Of a stretch of 64,000 nt of DNA, positions 21,248 through 29,657 are shown in pieces. Where the stretch lies: NCBI GenBank assembly GCA_050298595.1, contig JBNKUM010000040.1:1-64000 (forward strand), in the 5' to 3' direction. Positions within the stretch are counted from its first letter, which is position 1. Each line of letters starts with the position of its first letter. Below the pieces are notes generated by a model. The model had not been told where the DNA came from. It saw only the letters and a list, made by a program, of their open reading frames with translations, and did no database searches. Both the position numbers and the translations under genes were made by a program. This DNA comes from Gammaproteobacteria bacterium (GTDB lineage: Bacteria > Pseudomonadota > Gammaproteobacteria > GCA-001735895).

Positions 21248-22275
21248 ACTTGACTCCTTTCAGCAGAGTAGGTTTCACTGGCCGCGATCATGGCCCGCAG
21301 ATTTTCTTGCGGCGTGCTCAGGGGAATGTCTGCACCCGAGTTGGCCAGGATGAAGGGACCACCAGGTACAGCGTCACACAGGCAGGTCAGGCTGCGCTCG
21401 CGGATCTCTGCGGCGCTGGCGGCGGGGAAACCCAGATTGTCCAGATTGCCCAACAACAGTAGTTCAGGGCCAAGGCATTGCCGTGCTTCTGCCAGGTCGT
21501 CCCTGGAACTGACCACAACCCCGGCCAGCCCCGGCAAACCTGGCAACAAGTCCAGAATAGGATTGACGCGCCCACCCGTGTGGTGGAACACCATCGGGCC
21601 ACGCACGCGCGCGAACATGCTGCGTAGATGCGGCAGCATCTTTTCAGCGAACAGGCTACGCGGGGAGATTTCCACCGACGCCATACCTTCGGTAACAATC
21701 AGGGCGGTGGCACCTGCCTCCAGTAGCGTATTGGCCCAGGTGACGAAAAAGTCGCCGCAATATTCCAGCAATTGCTGCGCTGCGGCTTCATCGAACAACA
21801 GGGTCTCCAACCATGCTTCCAACCCCATAATCAGTGCCGGTAACGCAACAGGGCCGGGCAGCGCTGCGAACACTGGTACCTGTTCAAGGTAAATGGCGCT
21901 CAATTGCTGCGTTGCCTGCACAATAAATGGCAGGCGTCCAGTGCGCAGCGGGTCGGGTAACGGCAACGCGAGCGCCGCTGCGGCAGAGGTCACAGATGGA
22001 CGCTTCAGGTTGGGCGGCTGCTCGTCGAACCAGACCACTTCACCGCCAAACGCCTCCACGATGGCGCTGTAATCGAATGGTGCCAACACCATATCAAGAC
22101 CGAAGGCCTCCTGAACAGCACGTTGCCCAGTGACATAGGCCGCAATATCGCTGTAGAGGGTTCGCAGATCGGTGCCGGTGAGTCTACCGCCATAAGCGCC
22201 GAGGACCGCAAATACCGGCACGCGGTCCACCGGTTTGCCCTGCAAGGTGTTCATCACCCGTTGATAGGCGTTCAT
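21244..22275 (-). CDS. UroD/MtaA-CmuA family TIM-barrel (methylcobamide methyltransferase-like)
   Basis: G..VDRVPV, EAFGGEV, GRLP, GP..L...G, LLGNLD, FILA.SG.DIP..TP.ENL.AM. Confidence 0.88.
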   Translation of the reverse strand: MNAYQRVMNTLQGKPVDRVPVFAVLGAYGGRLTGTDLRTLYSDIAAYVTGQRAVQEAFGLDMVLAPFDYSAIVEAFGGEVVWFDEQPPNLKRPSVTSAAAALALPLPDPLRTGRLPFIVQATQQLSAIYLEQVPVFAALPGPVALPALIMGLEAWLETLLFDEAAAQQLLEYCGDFFVTWANTLLEAGATALIVTEGMASVEISPRSLFAEKMLPHLRSMFARVRGPMVFHHTGGRVNPILDLLPGLPGLAGVVVSSRDDLAEARQCLGPELLLLGNLDNLGFPAASAAEIRERSLTCLCDAVPGGPFILANSGADIPLSTPQENLRAMIAASETYSAERSQV

Positions 22276-22943
22276 GACGGAGTCCCTGCTTTCGCTTCGC
22301 TTTGCAGTCTGCGCAGAAGGGCATCGGCTTCGGCGGCGTTTTCGGACGTGCCATCCGCGCCCACCTCGGCAACGAGATCCGGGCGCCAGTTGAAAACCGC
22401 GCCGCCCACTGCCAGTTTCAGCCGGTCCTGCAAACCCCGTTCGTCGATCAGGGAGCGAACCTTGCGAATATTGAGAGCAGTGGTCTGCATCATGGCAGAC
22501 ACCCCCACCACTGCGGCCTGCACCTCGATGGCTTTATCAACGAACTCTTCCGCCATTACATCGTTACCCAGATCATAAACCTCCCAGCCGGCGGCGCGCA
22601 GGAAAGTCGCCACGATGCGCCGCCCCAGACTGTGGAAATCATCCTCGATGTTGCCTATCACCACCGGGCTCTTATGTGGCGCGCTAGTCCCTGCCTCTGG
22701 CATACAGCGCAGCAGCACGTCTTCGGAAATCTTTGCCGCCACGAAGGTCTGCGCCAGCGACACCGACTCCTTCCCCCACAGGATTCCTATCCGCACGAGC
22801 ACCGGTCCAAGGATGTCCGTGATAACGTGGTCGGGGGGCATTCCCTGCTGGATAATTTGATCTATCAGCACCGCCGCCCCCTCGCGATCAGTTTCGATCA
22901 TGGCCTTCAGCAATTGTTTGATACTGGTTTTGTTAGTATTCAT
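22272..22943 (-). CDS. Corrinoid (B12)-binding protein, MtaC/MttC-like
   Basis: Four-helix cap (IG.LW..SLAQ) plus DFHSLG (DxHxxG), DLG.DV, VGVSAMM.TT, VGGA. Confidence 0.92.
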   Translation of the reverse strand: MNTNKTSIKQLLKAMIETDREGAAVLIDQIIQQGMPPDHVITDILGPVLVRIGILWGKESVSLAQTFVAAKISEDVLLRCMPEAGTSAPHKSPVVIGNIEDDFHSLGRRIVATFLRAAGWEVYDLGNDVMAEEFVDKAIEVQAAVVGVSAMMQTTALNIRKVRSLIDERGLQDRLKLAVGGAVFNWRPDLVAEVGADGTSENAAEADALLRRLQSEAKAGTPS

Positions 22944-24295
22944 TGGGATGGACCTGGGGTTGGAACTTCGGTGAAGTCCAGTTTATAACGCGGTGCCTGA
23001 CCGCTGGCCTCGCACAGTTCGTTGATTTCTCGTTTCAAGTCAATCATGCGCAACTCGCGCCCCGTGGCGGCCCGGTTAAAACGTGCAAGCTCTTCATTGC
23101 TCGCCTGCATCTCCTGCTCTACCCGCTTGCGCTCGTCTATATCCATCCCGATACCGAGCACACGTGCCACTTTGCCTTCCTGATCGCGCTCAGTAGCGAA
23201 CCCCATCACCTGTTGCCAGCGGTATGTTCCATCGGCGTGCCGCATCCGCGCCTCGTAGCGGTATTCGTCTCGTCCACGTGTCATTACATCCTGCATCTTC
23301 TCGGCCACCTGCATGCGGTCATCTGGATGTACAAGTCCCATCCATTCATCCTGGTTCGTGGCCCCCTCCTTCGGCGCGTAGCCGAGCATGCTGTAGTAGG
23401 TGGGCGAGGCGAACCAGTCATCATTCTTTACGTCCCAATCCCAGATACCGATCTGGCTGGCTTCCAGCGTCAGCCGCAGGCGCTTCTCCGATTCCTGCAG
23501 CCGTAGCTCCGCCACCTCGAATTCCCGGGAAATGAGGGTGAGAGGGTCCTTGAATCCTGTTCCGAGTATTGATCGATAGATGAGGTAGAAAGCCGCCAGC
23601 TTAGTGATATGGCCAACCAGATTGGCAAAGCCATACACACTCACATAAGCGGTGAAGGCCAACTCGGATACCACCATGCAGGCAATGGAAGCAGACATCA
23701 GGCGAAAGGCCGTGTCATTGAACTGATCACGCTTTCGGTAAAAGAGGTAGAGCGATACCAGCAACAGCGTGGTAATCACGTATTCGCTGCTAATCTTGAA
23801 CTCGGTCAGCCCCTTGCCGTCGACATAGCAGTCGGGGAAGTTAGCGGAGAAGATCAACGCCAGCAGGAGCAGATCCGCACCGACAAAGGCTGCGATGACG
23901 GCGTGATCGTTGATTTTGCGGCTAACGAAAAACGGCGCTGCCACCAGGGTAGCCGCCTGCAGATAGCGGGCTGCGATCCACAGTTGAGTAGGCAGATTGG
24001 TGCTATCAGGGAACACACCCATGCCTTTGTAGGTCAGAGTATGGATCATGTCGATCAGGGCGATGAAAGCGAAGCCAATGCCAAGTAAGCGAAGATAGCC
24101 GTTGGCCAGATATTCACGGGTGTTCCATGTCACTCCGAACAGCATGAACGCAACGGCAACGGTGACGATCTCGATGATACTATGGAATAGCAGGTAGCTG
24201 AAGAGGCTGCTGGCATAAAGCGCGAGCACGGCAAGGGCGATGCCCATGCCGTACCAGATCTTTTCATGCCAGTATTGCCTGTATCCAGTAGTCAT
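22940..24295 (-). CDS. MASE3 membrane sensor + PAS protein lacking an output domain
   Basis: YLLFHSIIE, D..HTL.YKGMGVF, QLWIAARY, GLT.FKI.SEY, NLVGHI.K (MASE3); PAS_3 (IWDWD, VHPDDR); ends GRELRMIDLKREINEL. GAGG RBS before 24295. Confidence 0.88.
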   Translation of the reverse strand: MTTGYRQYWHEKIWYGMGIALAVLALYASSLFSYLLFHSIIEIVTVAVAFMLFGVTWNTREYLANGYLRLLGIGFAFIALIDMIHTLTYKGMGVFPDSTNLPTQLWIAARYLQAATLVAAPFFVSRKINDHAVIAAFVGADLLLLALIFSANFPDCYVDGKGLTEFKISSEYVITTLLLVSLYLFYRKRDQFNDTAFRLMSASIACMVVSELAFTAYVSVYGFANLVGHITKLAAFYLIYRSILGTGFKDPLTLISREFEVAELRLQESEKRLRLTLEASQIGIWDWDVKNDDWFASPTYYSMLGYAPKEGATNQDEWMGLVHPDDRMQVAEKMQDVMTRGRDEYRYEARMRHADGTYRWQQVMGFATERDQEGKVARVLGIGMDIDERKRVEQEMQASNEELARFNRAATGRELRMIDLKREINELCEASGQAPRYKLDFTEVPTPGPSQ

Positions 24296-24419
24296 ATTCT
24301 CTACCTCTATGAAGCCGAGAGTCCGAAGCGAAAGCAAGCTACAACAGGCCAGCGCATCAGTTGCAATATTTCACAGGATCATTGCTTTGTCTGCTCAAGC
24401 GGAGCCTTAACCCACATTA

Positions 24420-24620
24420 TTCTTTCAGTCCATATCCCTTAGACATAATCTTTATCACCCTTAATCTTTATCACCCTTAAGAATAGACCATAAATCATTC
24501 GATAACTGGTATAAAAAATCAGGGTTTCGCTAACAAACGATCCGTCTGTTGCTCTTACAAATTCAATTCATGGAATATTTTTGAAGAGTCAGAATATAGC
24601 TCAATTCACTACATAATTAA
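24420..24620. repeat. Conserved cassette leader, copy B (with internal 16-bp tandem duplication)
   Basis: Aligns by eye with 17493-17675; aatctttatcaccctt is duplicated. Confidence 0.8.
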
Positions 24621-24671
24621 TCACTTTAAGTTCGGTTTTATAAAAGCGCTTATCCCTTCAATATTGAACCC
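24621..24671 (-). pseudogene. Relic of the 3' end of a deleted hybrid kinase
   Basis: tcactttaa..ttttataaaagcgcttatcccttcaatattgaaccc matches the GF(D/N)[11 protein letters not shown] tail of the intact kinases. Confidence 0.75.
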
Positions 24672-24849
24672 GAGATTTCTGGAGATTCCTCGATTCCCTA
24701 TAGCCTGATTTACTCATCAGCATCAGATTCCAGTTACTGCCAGGGTGTGTATCCAGGGCCAGGTCGCGAACGTTCATTCCTGGGTCGTCCCCAGCGTAAT
24801 GCTGATTGTTGAACGGCGCTAAAATTGCAAAAAATTTGCGGAATAAAAT

Positions 24850-26892
24850 ATGAGTTTACGCCTGGGCATCGATACCGGTGGTACTTTCACTGACGCGGTT
24901 CTTGTTGACGATGAGCGGCATATCATCGCATCGGGAAAGTGCCTGACCACCCGATTAGATTTGACTCACGGAATTGGTGACGTCATTGGTCAGTTTGACA
25001 ACGATCGTCTGGCGCGAGTCAGTATGGTGTCACTGTCAACCACCTTGACCACTAATTCCGTCGTCGAAGATCTGGGGCCTCCGGTTGCTGTGCTGCTACC
25101 GGGTTACGATCAACGCCAGATCGAGCAAACAGGGTTGTTGCAGATACTTGCGCCACAATACCTGGTTGCGTTGCAAGGAGGCTTCGATGCGGTAGGCTGT
25201 GAACTGCAACCACTCGACGACAACGAGATCCGTAACGCGATACAGCGTCTGCGTAAGCAGGTTTCGGCCTTTGCCGTGTCGTCACAGTTCGGTACCCGTA
25301 ACAACAGCCATGAATTACGTGTCAAAGCCCTGATCCATGAGCTGGATAAAGATATTCCAGTGATTTGTGGTCATGAACTCGCATCTACCCTTGGTGCGCC
25401 CCGACGCGCCCTGACCGCCGCATTGAATGCTCGAATGGTCGCGCCAATACATGATCTGATCGAATCAGTTCAGACCATCCTGAAGCGATATGGCATCGAT
25501 GCGCCGCTGATGATCGTTAAGGGCGATGGTTCGTTGGCAAGCCTCGCGCAAGCGCTGGAAAAGCCGATTGGGACGGTGCTTTCCGGACCGGCTGCAAGTG
25601 TCATCGGTGCCTGCGCGTTGAGTGGAGAAGATACTGCGATTATTGCCGATATGGGCGGCACCACAACCGATGTCGCGGTGGTCAGCGGCGGCCTGCCACG
25701 GCTCTCCGTCGATGGTGCTCGTATCGGCAACTGGCAGCCGATGGTCGAAGCGGTGCAGGTTAATTCGATCGGTCTCGGGGGTGATAGCGAAGTCAGCTTT
25801 GGCGGACCAGACGGCCTGATTATAGGACCTCGGCGGGTGGTGCCCACCAGCCTGTTGGGTCAGCTGTATCCGGAGGTGATTCCGCGTCTGCAAGCGCAAC
25901 TTACCGGCATGATCAATGCGCGCAGCAACCGCTTTGTGCTGCGTCTGGAAAACAACCCGGCTTTGTTGGCGCAACTGGACCCGGTCGAACGTGATGCCTG
26001 GGAACTGCTCGCGGACGGCCCTGTTGAGCTGGATGAGGCTGTGAGCAACGACCGCAATCTTGGCCGCGCGCTGGCACGGCTGAAACGCCTGGGCCTGGCC
26101 ATTTACAGCGGTTTCACACCGAGCGATGCGGTACATGTACTGGGTATGAATACGCATTGGAGCAGCGAGGCGGCCGAGCTTGCCGCGCACATATGGATGC
26201 GCCAGATGCGTTATCTGTATGGATTCGGTCAATGGGCTGAAGGCGATATCGAGTCCGCCAGCCGCATGGTTTACCAACTGGTGCATACACGAATCCGCCA
26301 GCTGCTCGTTACAGTGGGGATGAACGTGGCAGTGCCAAATCAGGGTGGTGGAAACCTGGAACACTTAATTGACGCGGTGACGCGCATGATCATGCACGGT
26401 GGAACACATGATAACCACAAGCCTCTTTTCAAGGTAGATTTCGCTAGTGACTACCCGCTTGTCGCAGTGGGCGCGCCAGCAGCGACCTATTACCATGAGG
26501 TTGCACGCAGTATGAAGATGGATCTTCGGGTACCGCCGCATGCAGAGGTTGCCAATGCCTATGGCGCTGTCATGGGCAGTATCATCCAGCGCGCAGAGGT
26601 CATGGTGACACAGCCACAACAGGGCGAATTTAAACTATTCTACGGCGGTGATCCGCTGTTGTTTGACAGCCTGGAGGAAGCCCGTCAGCACGGAGAGGAA
26701 CTGGTGCGTGCACAAGCAACACAACAAATTTGTGCCGCCGGTGCGCACGGCCATGAAATTACCATCGCCTATCATGATATTCATGTCCCGGATAGTGGAG
26801 ATGGCGAGCTGTTTCTCGAATCGCGTATCGTCGCTACCGCCATTGGCCCTGCCTGCAGCTGGAAATCCGATGCACCGTCGCATAGTGCGTGA
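24850..26892 (+). CDS. Hydantoinase/oxoprolinase A-type (ASKHA ATPase) family protein, no B subunit nearby
   Basis: LGIDTGGTFTD, LSTTL.TN, LSGPAAS..GA, DMGGTTTD, GLGGDS, VANAYGA. Confidence 0.88.
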   Translation: MSLRLGIDTGGTFTDAVLVDDERHIIASGKCLTTRLDLTHGIGDVIGQFDNDRLARVSMVSLSTTLTTNSVVEDLGPPVAVLLPGYDQRQIEQTGLLQILAPQYLVALQGGFDAVGCELQPLDDNEIRNAIQRLRKQVSAFAVSSQFGTRNNSHELRVKALIHELDKDIPVICGHELASTLGAPRRALTAALNARMVAPIHDLIESVQTILKRYGIDAPLMIVKGDGSLASLAQALEKPIGTVLSGPAASVIGACALSGEDTAIIADMGGTTTDVAVVSGGLPRLSVDGARIGNWQPMVEAVQVNSIGLGGDSEVSFGGPDGLIIGPRRVVPTSLLGQLYPEVIPRLQAQLTGMINARSNRFVLRLENNPALLAQLDPVERDAWELLADGPVELDEAVSNDRNLGRALARLKRLGLAIYSGFTPSDAVHVLGMNTHWSSEAAELAAHIWMRQMRYLYGFGQWAEGDIESASRMVYQLVHTRIRQLLVTVGMNVAVPNQGGGNLEHLIDAVTRMIMHGGTHDNHKPLFKVDFASDYPLVAVGAPAATYYHEVARSMKMDLRVPPHAEVANAYGAVMGSIIQRAEVMVTQPQQGEFKLFYGGDPLLFDSLEEARQHGEELVRAQATQQICAAGAHGHEITIAYHDIHVPDSGDGELFLESRIVATAIGPACSWKSDAPSHSA

Positions 26893-27049
26893 TGATACTG
26901 TTATGTTATCGATCTGATTGAGCGATGTTCAGCGTTATCCAAAAGGAGAAAACTGTGTGCAATAAATCTCGCCCAATGATTGCGGTGTCCGAAGCCCTTG
27001 CGCAGGCGATTCATGCGCTTGCTGACCGAAAACAAAGCTGGATTCTACT

Positions 27050-27751
27050 ATGAGCGACTCCAGGCAGGTGAATCAGCAAGCGTTAAACGACTACCTGTCA
27101 CAATGCGGACTGGCGCTGCGCGGAATCGGAGAACTTACGCAAGATGACCGGCAGCAATACGGATTGACCGCATCGAAGATTGCGCTCGTAGGCAATGTCG
27201 GTGCGGACATGTGGGGACATTTTTCTGCAGCGGCCGAGTATCATGACGGGCAGCCACATCCGCTGGATCGATGGAGTCGCCGGGTGGCGAATGGGGTATG
27301 CGAGCGTTTCGAGCTAGAAGCAATATTTCCCTTCGATGGACCGCCTTACCTGCCATTCCAACGCTGGGCTCGCAGCGCTGAAGCGCTCGAACAATCTCCA
27401 CTGGGTTTGATGATGCATCCGCAATACGGACTATGGCACGCTTATCGGTTCGCCCTGTTATTACCAGATACCAGTGTCATGCTGAAAGCGCAGCAGGTGG
27501 CATCAGTTTGTGATAGTTGTAGCGATAAACCCTGCCTGCATACCTGTCCGGTTAATGCATTGACCGAGTCGGGCTATGATGTTCCCGCCTGCATCCGTTA
27601 CCTTGAACACGATGTGGATGCAGCCTGTCACCAGCATGGTTGTATGGCGCGCTATCGATGTCCGCAGGGGCAAACCTGGCGTTATCACGATGCGCAAAGT
27701 CAGTTTCATCTGCGCGCTTTCCTGCGCGCCAACCGGAATGCGGCAGTCTAA
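27050..27751 (+). CDS. Fe-S protein with CblC(MMACHC)/QueG-like cobalamin-binding fold
   Basis: HPLDRWS, PFQRWA, LGLMMHPQYGLWHAYR, then CDSC..KPC...CP and C..GC.AR..CP. Confidence 0.7.
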   Translation: MSDSRQVNQQALNDYLSQCGLALRGIGELTQDDRQQYGLTASKIALVGNVGADMWGHFSAAAEYHDGQPHPLDRWSRRVANGVCERFELEAIFPFDGPPYLPFQRWARSAEALEQSPLGLMMHPQYGLWHAYRFALLLPDTSVMLKAQQVASVCDSCSDKPCLHTCPVNALTESGYDVPACIRYLEHDVDAACHQHGCMARYRCPQGQTWRYHDAQSQFHLRAFLRANRNAAV

Positions 27752-27944
27752 GACGAGACTCAATGAGAATCAGGATAGACAACACTACGCATTATTATTA
27801 ATCATTCAGAATCGTAAAATTATAGTGCAGCGTTAACCGCAACTGCTACACTGCCAGCCCGCATATCTAACCGGATAATCTCACTCCGATAGTATTATCT
27901 GAGATATTCGGGCTAAACAAGGTCAAACAGCTAGAGGCAACAAT

Positions 27945-28250
27945 ATGGCAAAACTAACCGTGCTTTACTGGCGTGATATACCGGCCCAGATTATCGCAAA
28001 ACAGGGGCGCAAAACTGCCAAAAAAATACTGCCCGAGCGCTTTAGCGAAGCGATCGACAAGGCCGCAATGCGCAGCAAGCTCGCCGGCACAGACGCTTAT
28101 CTTGAACATTGGCAGCGACGTGTAGAAGATCTAAACGGTGACCTTGAGCAATTGGTACAGGAGCGGCTGCAGCAAATCGACAGCGAATATAACGCCGAAC
28201 GTCTAAAACTGCTGATTCGCCAGGGCGGACTGGAACAGGCAGAAACTTAA
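27945..28250 (+). CDS. So-called 'virulence factor' family small protein (typical of corrinoid methyl-transfer clusters)
   Basis: YWRDIPAQ, L.ERF..AID.AAM, DAYL..W, Y..ERL..L...GG. Confidence 0.8.
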   Translation: MAKLTVLYWRDIPAQIIAKQGRKTAKKILPERFSEAIDKAAMRSKLAGTDAYLEHWQRRVEDLNGDLEQLVQERLQQIDSEYNAERLKLLIRQGGLEQAET

Positions 28251-28280
28251 ACTGCGTTTCAGGTTTGTAAAAAAACAGAA

Positions 28281-28343
28281 AAATCCGGGGCAGAGAACAA
28301 TAATCGCTAATATATGAAAGTATTGCTCTCTGATCTAGGTTTT
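28281..28343. repeat. REP-like palindrome (GGGTCAGAG family), inverted relative to 29323-29384
   Basis: ccggggcagagaacaa...ttgctctctgatctagg; matches the reverse complement of the 29.3-kb copy including its loop. Confidence 0.65.
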
Positions 28344-28381
28344 CCAAATTATCAAGGGGCAGAAAATGGTTAGGTTAAATT

Positions 28382-28414
28382 TATGGAACCTCCGATTAAT
28401 TCAGAGCTTCCTTA
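28382..28414. repeat. Imperfect palindrome, probably collapsed MITE ends
   Basis: tatggaacctccgatt/aattcagagcttcctta. Confidence 0.4.
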
Positions 28415-28479
28415 TATCTGAACCCGGTTAATCCTCTTGTAGTGGCAGTCTTGATGTTTAATAGTTTGAAATCTGCATT

Positions 28480-28960
28480 CACTCAAAGAAAGGAGAAATA
28501 TCAGATAACTTAAAAGAATTTCCTACCTCCCCCTCTAGCCTTTGAAACTCTACAAAACCTACTCTGGCACCTATCACATACTCCCCTAAAGTCTGGTCTA
28601 AAAGTAAAAAACCTACTTGCTCAAATATTTGATTTGCGGTTTTCAAGAGAAGGCACTTTTTCTACCAGGGCTATTACTGAGGAGAAAGAACTTTTTATAC
28701 CTCCAGCACTTATGACGAAATCCAATTCTCTCGTCCGGCAATATACCAAACTCAAATGTAACATTTTCATCAATTTTTAAAAGCTGAGAACTCAGTTGGT
28801 CAAACAATTTTTCTCGTTTTTCTAAGTCTCCAAAGTCAAATTTATAGTATTTAGATTCATTGGACTGAAACCAGTCCCAAAAATCTGAATATTCATCTGC
28901 AATCGTATTGAAACTGAAAACGGATAACAGTATGACTAATAAAATCTTTACTTTAAGCAT
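28480..28960 (-). pseudogene. Frameshifted, internally deleted exported protein (FWDWF...FVISAGG...LLDQTLGEY)
   Basis: Signal peptide and N-part in the track ORF; continues in other frames as ELDFVISAGGIKSSF and QVGFLLLDQTLGEY..VGFVEF; AT-rich. Confidence 0.6.
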
Positions 28961-29097
28961 GATAGATCTCTAATTAAACATTGATGTCACGATAATTAAT
29001 ACCTTCCGAAAAGTCGGGAGCAGCTCTCTACTTGTTGCATCCGACAACTGCCGGAAGCGAAGTTGATGTGATTGTTGGATTTTCTGATCAATCGGAA

Positions 29098-29320
29098 TTA
29101 CTCCGGCATCTCAGCCGCTGCAACCAAGCTATCACTCAAGGCTCTGGACACCGCTAAGCGTCGTCGATGCGGCATATATAAGAGCGAAAATGATCGTGAG
29201 CGTCCGCGCAACTCCTGCAGCACTTCCAGCAGTGAACCTCGCTCTATATATTTCTGGGCAATAAACTCAAATATCTGGCAGATGCCCAAACCCTGTTCAG
29301 CCAACGAAACGACGCCATGA
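29098..29320 (-). pseudogene. LysR-type regulator C-terminal fragment
   Basis: GLGICQ..F....IERGSL.EVL...SLLY..RR.L...RAL.D.L; no HTH; cut at a REP palindrome. Confidence 0.7.
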
Positions 29321-29322
29321 AT

Positions 29323-29384
29323 AAACCGGGTCAGAGAGCAACACCTTCTAATATTAGCGAATATTGCTCTCTGACCCAGGTTTT
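29323..29384. repeat. REP-like palindrome
   Basis: aaaccgggtcagagagcaa...ttgctctctgacccaggtttt. Confidence 0.7.
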
Positions 29385-29657
29385 CTTAAAAACGGCTACT
29401 AAATAATCCTCAGATTTATTCAAAAACTGCTATATAAATACCCCATACGAAGTATTTTATCTGTTTCAACAGTTTACAGCTTATAACAAATACAAGAGGC
29501 TCCGCAAAACATAGATATGACGTTAAAATCACCGTCAACAGTCAATGTATACCCTATGACATGGAAGGGTGGAGCAAGCACAGGATAGACATGTCAAGCT
29601 CTGCCTGTGCCAGCTTGACCGTTCAACCTGCAATACGGAAATAACAGCCCTGATACA

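Noticed and set aside
21244-22275. True uroporphyrinogen decarboxylase (hemE)
   Set aside because: Lacks the MRQAGR motif; coupled to a corrinoid protein.
24813-24829. Sigma54-like GG-N10-GC before the hydantoinase gene
   Set aside because: Weak -24 element, very close to the ATG, no supporting activator evidence.
24300-24850. Cobalamin riboswitch near the corrinoid genes
   Set aside because: No B12-box or GGGAA...GCCCCCGC core seen; the region is explained by the leader repeat and kinase relic.
25465-26364. 299-aa minus ORF and similar long antisense ORFs (22302-22988, 53190-53942)
   Set aside because: Fully overlap well-supported genes on the other strand; no motifs.
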